From Eledone cirrhosa (taxonomy: Eukaryota), in contig OZ024740.1 of NCBI GenBank assembly GCA_964016885.1, forward strand, positions 265,112,001-265,176,000: DNA of 64,000 bases. Direction: 5' to 3'. Within the stretch, counting starts at the first letter, position 1, and each line of letters begins with the position of its first letter. Positions 1 through 12,300 of the stretch are shown piece after piece. The notes below the pieces were generated by a model that had not been told where the DNA came from, made no database searches, and saw nothing but the letters and a program-made list of their open reading frames with translations. Both the position numbers and the translations under genes were made by a program.

Positions 1-283
1 GTGATGTTAAGGTAGAAAAGAAGAAGAATAAAACAAATAAGTTAAAGATGTTCAAAGGTACTACAAAGCCGTTATAAGATCTCCTAATGTCTACGGTCAA
101 TCGATGTATCGATATTTGAAATAATTATCGAACCATTCCACCTGCATAAAACAGAATAGCTGATTAGAAAAAAAAAAAGAAGAATAGAAATCGGAGTAGA
201 AGGCATTGTGAGATGGAGTTACATATCAAGATAGTGAGTGTACCATTTATTTAGTAATGTAATGTATAAGAGAAATGATGGTA

Positions 284-446
284 ATCATTTCTGATTTAGA
301 CACAAGGTCAGACATTTATGAGCAGGCGAACAACCATTTCTTTTTTTGGTAGGGAGGGCGGTTAAATCGACACCAGTGTATTACTGCTTCTTTATTTCAT
401 CGACCTTGTAAGGTTGAAAGACAAAGCTAACATCGGCGGGATTTGC
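284..446 (-). mobile_element. Degenerate Deu/Nin-domain SINE fragment
   Basis: Reverse complement resembles the family core CTTTGCCTTTCATCCTTACGGGGTCGATAAAATAAAGTACCAG seen in the other copies. Confidence 0.65.
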
Positions 447-482
447 GTGTGTAATAAAAACAGACAGAATTAGTCGTTAATT

Positions 483-732
483 GAGATCCCAACCCATCCT
501 ATTTATTCTATAACGTATGAGATTTAACTGTAATGTTCTTTTTTTTTCTCGTGTATAATGTTTATTAATGTCTAAAGAAAATTAATTGTTGCAGGAATGC
601 TACCAATTAAAATAATATTTCGCCGGAGATAGATTAGCAAAATTTAAGAAGCGAGGTTCAAATAAGAGCAGGGGTGGAAAAAAATCTTTAAAATAAACGG
701 GGCAGAGAAAGATTATTCGAGACCAGGGAGTA
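483..732. mobile_element. Partial MITE, same family as 52323-52697
   Basis: Shares aaagaaaattaattgt..caggaatgctacc..taaaataa..tttcgcc.gagatagattagcaaa and the terminus gagacc.g.gagta with 52446-52697. Confidence 0.6.
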
Positions 733-1764
733 GGAATACAATATCAAACGAAAATACCACACACCGATCAGGGATATGAGGTGCACGTTTGTTACGTTAA
801 TTTCACACAGAGAAAGGAGGGGTCCATCTTTCTTCTTGTTGGTTGCAATAACCATAAACCAGGCGATAGCTTTGTTACTTGTGGTACTACACCCAGTGAT
901 ACCAATGAACTGCCTTCCTGTGGCCTGATAATGCTATTATGTGTATTTTGTTTCTCCATTTTATCTGTTATGCTTGTGTTTCTATATTGTTACTCACATC
1001 TTTGTAATTATTCAATATAAATACGTATCTTGATATGCCTCCCCCTGTGTAAATATGTTTATTCTCAAATTTTATTTCTTAAATTTCTAAACTTTACTTT
1101 CAATATGCCTGAAGATATTGCAGGTAACATTTGTTTCCGAGCAACGTTCACTCTCTTCGAGTTATCTTGAATTCTTAATACCATAACCCTTTGATTGTAT
1201 AATTTCTGAACTTCTTAATCTTTAAATATCGATTATATATACTATCATATTATTACCTACCATTTGTATATATCAGGTGACCTTGTTATATTTTACGCCT
1301 TGAAGTAAATTTAAGATACACTGTTTATTTTATTATTTCTTGGTATATGTCTTGTGTATGTCTTATATAAGACGTTGAGTTGTTACATGTCGGATAAAAT
1401 GTATTGTCGTATTTGTACTGAGCGTCTGCCATTGAGTTAATAACTCGTGAGGGTCAAATTTGCCTGTCATCATTTCAGGGTTGAAAAAAAAAATATTTAT
1501 ATATCCCACATACACACATACACACTCATATACACATACATGCACACGCATACACACATACACACATATATATATATACACACACACACACATATAGATA
1601 TATATTTATATATACTTCAAGGGCAGGAAATTGTCGAAACATAATGTATCCAAATACCATGCGTATATTTATATAGATGTAACGACATAAGAATATCTAA
1701 AATAAGTGAATGACATTACATAACAATAGTAAAAGATCGATTCGTACTATCCACACACACACAC

Positions 1765-1855
<91 letters not shown>

Positions 1856-2079
1856 AGACACATTGCCAAAGAAACATCGGATAGCAAGTAAAAGAACTTA
1901 CATTGCCCGTGAACTATTTATTACTGCTCATAATGGAAATTGGTGAATTTTAAATTAGTAAAGCTGATTCTAGGTCTTAACAGTGGCTATTTTTAGCACT
2001 CTGGTTGACCTGTGTATTCGTCAGACAATATTATTAATAATTTTACGTATTAATCAAAATTTGAATATATATATAATAA

Positions 2080-2365
2080 GGGTTGACGGACCCAGCATAT
2101 TTATTAATGCCAGTACCGGTTGTATCTCAGCGCACTCAATGTGCAATGTAAGATACATTACCAGAGTATACACATAGTTATTTGCCTCAACACAACACGC
2201 GTAAAACGGGTGCCTATAAGGTTCCCGGACTCGAGTTTCTGCAGCACTAATGCATCAGTAAGGTGCACTGCACCATCTGTCTGCATATATTATGCCACAA
2301 TGCACAATCGGCTTATGCGGCTTCATCAGCGGGTATCGTCTAATCTATAACCAATCGATTGACAT
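2080..2365 (-). mobile_element. PLE pseudo-LTR fragment (family also at 12300-13215)
   Basis: Homologous to 12301-12560 (agtaccggttg.atc.cagc..actcaat; ggcttcatcagcgggt). Flanked by TA runs and contains a hammerhead. Confidence 0.65.
2224..2333 (-). ncRNA. Type-I hammerhead ribozyme with long stem II
   Basis: Minus strand: CCCG-CTGATGA-[~83 nt]-GAAA-CTCGAG-TC-CGGG. Stem I CCCG/CGGG, palindromic stem III ACTCGAGT, GUC cleavage triplet. Confidence 0.75.
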
Positions 2366-2579
2366 AATATATATATATATATATAGTTGAACAAATAAAA
2401 CAAAATAAACAGAGGGGTGTAAAAATACAAAGAGTTTCTAGGATCATGCTTGGGAGGAAGTGGAGGAGGGTTCTATGTATCAGACGGAATTCCCTTGTCA
2501 GGTAATGGATAGTTCAGAGAGGGAGAGAGCAGGTAGGTACATGAAAGTTTGGAAAAGATGTTGGAAAAGTGTGTGTGTC

Positions 2580-2720
2580 TGTGACGGTAATTATTTACCT
2601 TTTCATAATAGATAGTGTCGTGTAGTAGGGATAATATAGCCTTTTTGTAGTGTTCAACATCCATAAAAGTAACAGCCCTTCCGATATCCGCTGCCAATAT
2701 CTTTGCAAGTGTCAACTATG
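2580..2720 (-). pseudogene. PLE ORF remnant (pre-RT region)
   Basis: LAADIGRAVTFMDVEHYKKAILSLLHDTIYYEK resembles the PLE motif ADKGxAVVxMDxxxY...LxDxxxY. Confidence 0.55.
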
Positions 2721-4189
2721 ATTTATAACAATTACAACTCCTCATTGGTTAATCATACAACTATATTTCATTGTTCTTTGTTTAAAACTGGCCTAATGTT
2801 AACTATTTAATTTTACCTGTTACAGCAGTCACACTTTCAAAATTATTATGCTTGACATTCACTCGAAGAACAGCAAACCCACATTATTCCTATATTTTAT
2901 ATGATCTTAACTTGTTTCTTTGATCAGTATATCAAATGTTGTCCTTTTCTATTTGTTTTTGTTCAACCGTCTTCAATGCTCCAGTCTGGCCTAATATTAT
3001 TTCCCCACTCAATTACGTTACCATCGCGTCGAGCAACTACATAAAGGCTGTACCGTCATTTATGTAGCAAGCGTTTATGTAATTATTGTTGTTTAACTCT
3101 AACGGGTTGAGTAGATCTGTAATTAAAGATGTCCCATTCATAAATATTTTCTTTCTTTTTGTATATCTAGAACTACAGTATCCAAGATACCCCATTTATT
3201 TCAGGCTGTAGTTTACATATTCATGAAAATTTGTTTACCCTATATTTGAAACGGTAGTGTGCGGTTTCAGGAAAATGTGCTTGTTATTTATAGCAGACCA
3301 AGCTAAAACATAGGGATTCTCTCATTGGCTCGTACCTGTAATCTTGTTACCCATATTTAGCTCCTTGTAAATCTTGATCAAGCACACTTCTGGCTAGTAT
3401 TCACACTGCGGTCATGCCGTTCCCCAATCGCAGTCAAATAATATGTATTATTCAATGCACTTTTTCCTGAGACGATATTGTTTTCACTGATGGGAATTTA
3501 GCTGCTATTTGTATCAGGCAAATGAACAAGTCGATTATGGTGGCTTATTCTAATTTGCTTAATCTATCAAATGTTGCCTGCTCTTATATGTTGTCTATTT
3601 CATATATCTAAGATTTGGTGAAGAATATATCACATGTCAGGGATATTTAAATGTTACCGAAATGAGATGTTGATACATTTCAAAAGACAAACCTATCAGC
3701 AATATCATGTGTCCATATCAAGAATATAATATAATAGGTTCCTTATGTAACAGTGTATTTCCTGGTTTGTCTAATCAATCCTAGATGTCTAACATCTATT
3801 TCATTTACCAATCATATTGGGATAATGAAGTTGTGTTACATGAATATTGTATAGTCAGCACTATTTATGGAGGTCGCCTTCATATGTCATGACATAACTA
3901 TCAAGGGGAGGCAATGTTATATTATTGACAAAACAGATTTTAGGTATTCTTACATGTGACGTATTTCTGTACACTCAGATATTGGGCATAGCTCTAGGTA
4001 AGTTTCATACAACCATTACCATATTAATCATGAAGCTACTTATAACGAACAGAGAATAACCAAAACTTCTCTCTCCCCCTCTTCCCCCCTCTCTCTCTCT
4101 CTCTTTCTCTCTCCCTCTCTGTCTATATATATATATATATATAAGGAAAAGCGAAGTAGTTTCAGATGTTCAAGTCCTGTAATAATAAT

Positions 4190-4263
4190 GCTGTGATATA
4201 TATTTCAATGACGACACTGGCCACACTGTTCTGTGTGCGAGTGTCGTGTCATCATCAGACAGC
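4190..4263 (-). ncRNA. Type-I hammerhead ribozyme (inverted copy of 5520-5593)
   Basis: Minus strand: GCTGT-CTGATGA-TGACACGACAC...GTGTCGTCATT-GAAA-TATATA-TC-ACAGC. Confidence 0.75.
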
Positions 4264-5519
4264 TTGTTACATAATAAGGTTGTTTCCGAGGCAATCCAAA
4301 TTGAATCGACATGGGAACGGACTTGAACATCTGAAACTACTTCGCTTTTCCTTATTCGATATTTACTCCGTCACTCCTATGTGGAAAAAGTACGTTGAGT
4401 ACTTGAATTGAATTGCATCAATGTTTACCCTACTAATTTAGCTCTGATTAGTTGAGCGCTCTATGATGTAACCGATATGGTGGAGAAGAAAGGAACCAGC
4501 CAAGAGCTACCCCGGAAATTCCCCCTACCATGGGGATGAAAACCCCTGACACTGGAAGGGCGTAATAGTAACTTTCGGCAGGATAAATACGCGGAAACAA
4601 AAAATAAGATAAACCCCTATTTTCCTGCACCAAATCGCATTTGAACAGAAGCCCCCTCAATTCAATCTATACATGGACAGATGGACAATCATATGGATCA
4701 TTTTACATATATGTACTCTGTATTTTTGCATTTATTCACTATTGGTTCTGTTCTTTTCTTTTCTTTTGTGTACTTTATGTCTGTTTTTTTTTATTCTGTT
4801 CCATGTGATGGAAATTATGACCGTGTAACAGATTGACTAATGCCTTGAACCATGTGGTTTGCCCTCCATTATAATGTACGGCACTGTCCTTCAATATGTG
4901 GATAGAGTAACTGTAACACTAGAATCCCTCCCAGAACTTATTACTTAAACATCTCTCTCCATATTATTTACTCACTTCAATCTATATTTATACTCAATCC
5001 GAATTATCACTTGGAAACAAATTTTTGAATTTAGAATTTTTTAATTTTTAATTGTTTAATTTATAATCTCTGATATGGGATTTAGGATTTTAACTTTTAA
5101 TTTTTATTTTTATTTCCAACTCTCACTCTTAACTTACAATGTAAAACCATAGTACCTAGAATTAAATTTATTTTCCCTTATGAGTTGATGGTCAGTCTTA
5201 CTGTCAACGCTTAGTGAAAGGTAGTATTATAACCTATAAAAACTAACACTCTCCCATCCCCTCTGGCTTTCGGCTGACTGCCACAGTAGTGATGGGTAGC
5301 AGTAAACTTTGGCAGGGCATAGGTGGGCCACTGACAGCGAATTTCGTTGAAATCTGCGGTGCTAATGGTCAACTTCCTTCGGACATGCGCTTGCGCAGAC
5401 CGGTGGGGGTGAATTGGTACTCACAAGGGGACGGATGAAAAACCCAAAAGCACGAACTTCATCCGTTCCCATATCGATTCAATTTGGATTGCCTCGGAAA
5501 CAACCTTATTATGTAACAA

Positions 5520-5593
5520 GCTGTCTGATGATGACACGACACTCGCACACAGAACAGTGTGGCCAATGTCGTCATTGAAATATATATCACAGC
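5520..5593 (+). ncRNA. Type-I hammerhead ribozyme
   Basis: GCTGT-CTGATGA(5525-31)-stem II-GAAA(5577-80)-TATATA-TC-ACAGC. 5-bp stem I, predicted cut after C5588. Confidence 0.75.
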
Positions 5594-5716
5594 ATTATTA
5601 TTAAAGGACTTGAACATCTGAAACTACTTCGCTTTTCCTTATTCGATATTTACTCCGCCACTCCTATGTGAAAAAAGTACGTTGAGTGCTTGAATTGAAT
5701 TGCATCAATATTTACC

Positions 5717-5758
<42 letters not shown>

Positions 5759-5926
5759 TTTAGGTTTGCTGGTTCACCAATGGATAGAACAGGTCATTCG
5801 GTATAGTCAACCTTGATGTAATATTAGTAGGGAGAGCACTCGACGTAATGCAACTCAACCCCTTCTTGTCTCTCTGATTTTCAGCCCCATGGATTTTGTC
5901 TATTATATTCCTTTGTTATATTTCAA

Positions 5927-5984
5927 ATACCTGATGATGTCACCGGATTCATACTGAACTTGATCATTGAAATGTTCATAGTAT
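5927..5984 (+). ncRNA. Hammerhead-like motif in a short pLTR fragment (5755-6030)
   Basis: ATAC-CTGATGA-TGTCA...TGATCATT-GAAA-TGT-TC-ata-GTAT. Core is present but stems are eroded. Confidence 0.45.
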
Positions 5985-6027
5985 AATAAAACTTTAATGA
6001 ATTAGACCAGTCAATCCTCCTGTTATT

Positions 6028-6086
<59 letters not shown>

Positions 6087-6782
6087 ATTTATATGTAGGT
6101 ATGGGTGTGCGCTTGTTATATACGTATTTATTTACTTATATACGTTTATATAATTATTTATTTATTTGTACACAAGCATACACACACACACACACATATT
6201 TATATGTGCGTGGTTGTATCCCTATGGTAAGGTTTTGCGTATGCTTGTGTATGTACGTATTTGTTTGCGTGTATGTATTTATTTATTTCTATTACTTCTA
6301 TATTGTATTTATTTACTTTGTTCTTAACTCTGTAGTGGAGATGCATTTGGTCTCCTAGTTAGAATTTTAGTCTACGACTTCTGCTATACCATTTACGTGC
6401 TTTTGTCTTTGCGTGCTATTGTTCTCCACGCTCCACATATGACTTATTATTTTCGTTTTTTCGTTCATTGCCAGAGAACGTCTCATTGCACCACCTAAGA
6501 GAACATTAGACTACGACCTCTTTTATACCTGAATGTGGTTCTGTCTTTGCGCGTAATTGTTTTTCACCGCTCCTTTTAATGACGTATTATTCGTTTTTAC
6601 CCGTTCTTTGCCAGCGAACGTTTCCACGAACCAAAGTATCGTCTTCCTGTCTTCCTCCCGTTGCAACGTTTTTTTAAATATCCAGTTCTGCGTTTACAGA
6701 TTGACTTTGTTAGTTTCAGAAGATCTCGTTAAGGGTGAAAGCAGCGATTCTATGCTTAAACTTTAATCTGTTATTTTAATAA

Positions 6783-6834
<52 letters not shown>

Positions 6835-7433
6835 GTTTGTATATGTATAATAAAGCCAAAACAATGCATGTATGGACATAGAATAAAGAATGCAAATGCA
6901 AAAGATATTGTTGACAATTAGTCTTTTACCTTAGATTTATTTAAATGTCCTTAATTTTCGGAGGGAAGTAAAGCGGTTAAACCAGTGTTCTAAATAGCTT
7001 GCCAAGTCATGCTGACAGGAAATGGTATAGTGTATCTGTTCTATCTCTAATGTCAAAGAGTTAAGGGTAGGTGGATAAAGAGTAGTCTCCCTTTAAAGGT
7101 TTTTTTTGTACATGCCTGTTTAAGTGTGTGGAAGAATGTATGAGGTGTAAGTATGTGTGTGTGTGTGTGTGTGAGTGAATCTGAGAAGATATGTCTATAC
7201 GTAAATGTGGGGGATAGATGTTATCTCGTGTTAGAACTGGTCTTTGTGTGTGTATGTGTGTGTGTGTGAGAGAGAGAGAATAAGTGGATGTGTTGGTGTG
7301 TGTGTGTGTGCGTGTCTGTGGGAGGGGGTGTAAATTATTCTATATCCATACCTGCATTATTTTGGCTTTAATATACATATACAAACGTTTATACCTCATT
7401 ACACAATGCTTCAAGTGAACTATAACCTCCTCC

Positions 7434-7474
<41 letters not shown>

Positions 7475-7476
<2 letters not shown>

Positions 7477-8454
7477 TGTTATACATTGGGAGTGTCATGC
7501 TGCCAATAAAAACACACACACCTGTTACTTTTGACATCAATTTATTACGAATTTCCAGTTGGTTGTTTAGTAACCGGTTGGTTGTTTATTTTTTTCAAAG
7601 GTCTTTCATCACATATTCTGTGACCTACTCAGTGACTAATTTGATATTTTGTGCCTCTCCTTTGTTCTAGCCTACACCATCATGGTTTTATGTTTTCTGT
7701 GCTGTGTACTTGGGTTGCGCATGCTAAATATCCGGGTGTGTGTATGTGTGGTTTTATTTATTTATTTATACGTTTATTTACTTGACACTAGCTGGTTGAT
7801 TGTTCTATCTGTGTGTGTCTGGTTAGTTTTATTAGTTTGGTTCTTCTGTGTCTCTGTATGTCTTTATCTTGTCCGTAATTACTAGTTGTGATGTTGTTGC
7901 TATTCCACTCATGTTTTCTGTAATATGTCGGAACATTGCGTCTTTTCTGTGAATGGATATCATCCTTATTTTTATGTTCTCTAGTGTCTCCCCATGTTCC
8001 ATTAGGGCATGCTATTGGAGTGCTAATCAGTTGTTCCCATCTTGGAGTCTTCGCCAATGTTCATTTATCCTTTCTCCAGTACTACGGTCTGTCTCACCTA
8101 TGTAAGTTTTGTTCCTCTTCCTACCGCACATCTAATGCTATACACTACGTTCCTAGATTTGCAGTTAATTTGTGGGCTTAATTCGCAGACTATACATTTC
8201 TTATCAGTGCAGGGTTTTTTTGTTTCAAAACAGTACAGAGCTCATAAAACAAGATGGTGTAGGACAGAACAAAGGAGAGACACTAAATAACAAATTATTC
8301 ACTGTGGACGTCACAGAATAAGTGACGAAAGAACTTTGACAATAAAGAAACAACCATCCGGTTTTTAAACTAATCAAAATGGAAATTTATAAGAGAGTAA
8401 AGTGAAAACCAGCGGTGCGTGTTTTTCTCATGGTAGCATGACCCTCCCAATGTG

Positions 8455-8455
<1 letters not shown>
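7475..8455 (-). mobile_element. PLE 3' fragment (GIY-YIG end plus pLTR, family B) with inverted pLTR copy
   Basis: Minus strand encodes YIGETDRSTGERINEH...HRKDAMFR. 8240-8455 is an inverted copy of 7480-7690. Degenerate hammerheads at 7594-7636(-) and 8298-8340(+). Confidence 0.75.
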
Positions 8456-8530
<75 letters not shown>

Positions 8531-8692
8531 ATACGCGAAGGTTTGTGAGCGTGTCAGTGTATGTAGTTTTACGACGGATCAAACCATGCGTGTATTTTTA
8601 TGTTAATATTATTTAGAGTGAAACAGCCCACTTTTATTTGGCATTGCGCTTTACAGATAACAATCCTTACATTATTATCTTAACTAACCCGA

Positions 8693-8780
8693 CTTTCATC
8701 CTTACGGGGTCGATAAAATAAAGTACCGGTAATGCACTGGGTAATTGCTGGCCTTGTGCCTAAAGTAGAAACAATTATTA
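8693..8780 (+). mobile_element. 5'-truncated Deu/Nin SINE with TSD
   Basis: Family 3' half flanked by the direct repeat attattatcttaactaacccgact (8671-8694 and 8774-8797). Confidence 0.85.
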
Positions 8781-9468
8781 TCTTAACTAACCCGACTCAT
8801 ACCAACAAAGATAAGGAATAAAATATTTTATTTTCTGCACTTATTTTAATTTAAGCTTGTTCTTGTCATTTTCTTTATGCGGTACAATTTATTTCTCTGT
8901 ATTATTTTCATGACTATAGCTCCTTGATTAGCTTTTGGGTATTTAATTTGTTGTTATTGATGTTTATTCCAGTTCAGCCTTGATTCAGTAGACCTAGGTC
9001 TAGGGACGATCAACCAATAACCACATAAAAATAAAATATGCAATATGCATCAAGGATCGTATCCATTTTCTTCTTCCCCATTTAAGCTGGTATGGTATAA
9101 TACAAGAGCAGCTGTCTACGTGTTATAGCACGTCAGCAAACCACATACAAGATTCATCTTTCTTTTTATATCAGAAATTGTTTATTGGTGTTGTTTAGCC
9201 CCTGGTTAGTCAGGATTAAGCAACCCCATTTTGACGTAAATATTCCTTCTCTTTTTATATATATCTAAAACTACAATATCAATGGAATATCTGTTATTTT
9301 ATACGGCAGTATGTTACTTAGCTGTTATTGCAAATAGATCGAGTGATTAAGTAGAGGTTCGCTCGATGACTTGTATTTGTAGTGTAGTGTAGTTGTAGTT
9401 TTTAGCTTTAGGCCTATCCGGAACGTGCTGCCTTCTGGTCAACATATGCCCACAACACTATGCAGCTT

Positions 9469-9960
9469 TCTTCTTCTTCTTCTTCTTCTTCTTCTTCTTC
9501 TTCTTCTTCTTCTTCTTCTTCTTCTTCTTCTTCTTCTTCTTCTTCTTCTTCTTCTTCTTCTTCTTTGTCTTCTTCTTCTTCTTCTTCTTCACCCATTTAT
9601 TCCTGGGAAGGTTGTGGGGGCAGAGTCCTCATACACGACACCCAGCAGATCCTGTCAAAAGCCATATTCTCCAATTGGTTAGGCTGGATCCCCAAGCAAA
9701 ACCAACAGGGCTCATGGATGTTAACCAATAATCTCGTTCCTAGTCTACATTTAAGAATCCTGCCGGATGGTTTTGCTCGTAAATTCTGCCCAGTGATTCA
9801 TTTCTTATAAATTCTAAGCACATGTCCGAAGTCCCGGAGCTGTGCCTTCCCGATTCTGAAAAGTAGCGGTTCTGTTTGGAGCAACTCCGTCTTCCAAGCT
9901 ACGCACCATATCTGGTAAAATTACTCCAAAGGCAATTCAGCCACTTGTATCGCGAGCGTA
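9469..9960 (-). mobile_element. LINE 3' end (RTE/L2-like) with (GAA)n tail
   Basis: Minus strand encodes EPLLFRIGKAQLRDFGHVLR, similar to the xQLRWFGHVxR C-terminal LINE motif. It is followed by a ~120-bp (GAA)n tail, read as (TCT)n at 9469-9590. Confidence 0.6.
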
Positions 9961-10227
9961 TTCTTTCGGTCACACCTAAAATTCATGAACTTAATTAGAG
10001 TTAGGCACAACTCTATATTCGTTATTGTCTCTTGTGAAATAGTATATACACGATTACATTATGAAATAAGTGCTTTTCCAACATATTAACGTTCACTTCG
10101 AGGCAGATTTGGCTGCAATTTCAGATAAAGTGAATACGTAGATACAGGGTGGGTGGGTTATTATTGATTATTCTAATTTATTGATATATCTAATGTTTTT
10201 ATAATTTATCAATTTCTTCTATGAGTG

Positions 10228-10530
10228 AAAGCGCGTTAGTTATTGGTTAGGGTATTCACCTCACGAACGTAAAGTCATGAGTTGCAGTCCCGGTGGCTCG
10301 TTGTGTCCTTGAGCAAGACACTTTATTTCACATCATTCCAGTCCAATCAGCTGACAAAAGAAAAGTTGTACCTGCAATTTGAAGGTCATTCTGTGTCACC
10401 CTCAATATCCCTGAGAACTACGTTAAGGGCACACGTGTCGGTGAAATTCTCCGTCATTAATTTCAAAAACAGGCTGATGCGTCGATCGAATCTGGAGGAG
10501 TGCTCGTTGTCGGAACCGACGAACTGCTAG
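10228..10530 (+). mobile_element. tRNA-derived CORE-type SINE
   Basis: Eroded tRNA head (tggttagggta...gagttgcagtccc) followed by CORE-like GTGTCCTTGAGCAAGACACTTT. Confidence 0.65.
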
Positions 10531-10852
10531 AGTGTCTTATATAAAATATTTAGTGTAGAATATTTTATATATATTTCTTGGGTAAGTTCATGCAGTTACA
10601 AAATTGAGAAGAAACTGCGGCATTGGAAAAGAAATAACCAAAAGTATAATGTAGCCGCCTCAAGAATGAAGAATAATAGATTCGATATGTGACAGTTTGT
10701 TTCCTAGTTTTATACTCAATGCAAGAAGTTTCCGAACTCTCCTAGGAAAAGCTACCGTAAATTATCTGTATACTCAAAGGTACACACACACAAACAGGCA
10801 GTCAGACGTAAACAGACACATACGGAAACATATATATTATGTATAAATATAA

Positions 10853-10883
<31 letters not shown>

Positions 10884-11385
10884 AAGTCGCAATGTTTAGA
10901 CAAATCACAGAGGCAATAAACATAAATGAACTCCAACCAAAATTAAATAGAAAACATGAATGGAACAGCAACATCCCGACTTACAATTAAGGACAAAATG
11001 AAAACAGACACGCACATAGAAAAAAACAACCAACCAGTAACATGTAAATAAACAAATAAATAAACAAATATAAACAAACACAGACACCCGGACGTAACAC
11101 ATGCGCAAACTAAGCACACAACACACACAAAAGCAAGATGGCATAGGACAGAACAAAGGAGAGGCACAAACACAAAGAAAATAATCCCCAGTCACTGAAG
11201 AGGTCACAGAATGTGTGAAGAAAGAACTTTGTGACAATATATAAACAATCATCTGGTTGTGGAACCAACCAAACAACCGGAAATTTATAAATTCCTAAAT
11301 TTATAAATTTATTATAATAAATTGAAGTGAAAGCAGCTGGTGCGTGTGTTTCTTATTGGCAACATGACCCTCCCAAAGTATAACA
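10884..11385 (+). mobile_element. PLE 3' end (family B)
   Basis: Encodes [25 protein letters not shown] (GIY-YIG C-terminus). Ends in gaccctcccaaagtataacaa. Hammerhead at 11191-11235. Confidence 0.8.
11191..11235 (+). ncRNA. Minimal hammerhead ribozyme (family B)
   Basis: GTCA-CTGAAGA-G-GTCACA gaatg TGTGAA-GAAA-GAAC-TT-tg-TGAC. Confidence 0.6.
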
Positions 11386-11443
<58 letters not shown>

Positions 11444-11449
<6 letters not shown>

Positions 11450-12266
11450 ATACTTGGGGAGGGTCATATTTGTGTAGTAATATTGTCAGAATTAATAACA
11501 GAACACACTATACGAACATGCCAGACAACAACACGACGGTAACATAGACAACATAGAAATTAGAATAATATCTAAACATAGAAATGACCCAGCAGATAGG
11601 CAAATCAGAGAGGCCAGTGAAATAGAACTTAGAAGGCTAAGGCTAAACAGAAAAAATGAATGGAATAACAACATCACCCAAACAAACAACACTGACCTAA
11701 GAGAGGTATAAATAAATAAATGAATAAATAAATACATACACAAGCACAATAACAACAAACACATATAAACACACACTAGTAAACTAAGATAGAATACAAT
11801 AACCAATACACAGTCACCCAAACACGAACACACATCAAATAAAACACTATACACACACGCAAACGCATGCGCAGAGAAGACAAAAAAAAAACAACAAATA
11901 AATAAATAAATAAACAGACTAAATAAAGATGGCGTAAGCATACCCTACAACGGGAGGAAACAATAGCACCAGTGACGATGTTACAGATGTGCAACGAAAG
12001 AACTTTGTTAGACTATATATATATGTGTTTGTGTCTATATTGTATCTGTATTTTTGACCGTTGGTCAGTCAATGGTAACATTGAGGACCGAATAAATTAA
12101 ATTACCCGATATAAAAGACACAGAAGCGAAAGCCAACCAAACGTTGAGTGTGTTCTGTTATTAATTCTGGCAATATTATTACACAAATATGACCCTCCCC
12201 AAGTATAACAATATTTGTTTCGACACACGATTTCATATAAAAAATCTCGCAAAACTAATTCATCGC

Positions 12267-12272
<6 letters not shown>
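11444..12272 (+). mobile_element. PLE 3' end (family C) with ~65-bp inverted 5' terminus
   Basis: 11444-11509 is the reverse complement of ~12148-12212. Encodes LYEHARQQHDG...RQIREASEIELRRLRLNRKNEW. Near-identical to 38705-39465. Degenerate hammerhead at 11968-12009. Confidence 0.8.

Positions 12273-12300
<28 letters not shown>

Larger units (their letters stand above)
4141..5719 (+). mobile_element. Non-coding PLE/retrozyme-like element with direct pLTRs and inverted 5' copy
   Basis: 4320-4432 is directly repeated at 5607-5719. 4141-4321 is the reverse complement of 5462-5642. Both sides are (TA)n, no RT ORF is recognisable, and it carries two hammerheads. Confidence 0.8.

Noticed and set aside
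1100-1250. CTGAAGA-led hammerhead candidates (also ~17855, 54225-54295, 59000, 62260-62325)
   Set aside because: Either GAAA, the CUGANGA box or stem I is missing, so they are too degenerate to call.
9414-9810. Poly-Glu/Ser/Leu protein
   Set aside because: The (GAA)n run is better explained as the tail of a minus-strand LINE remnant.
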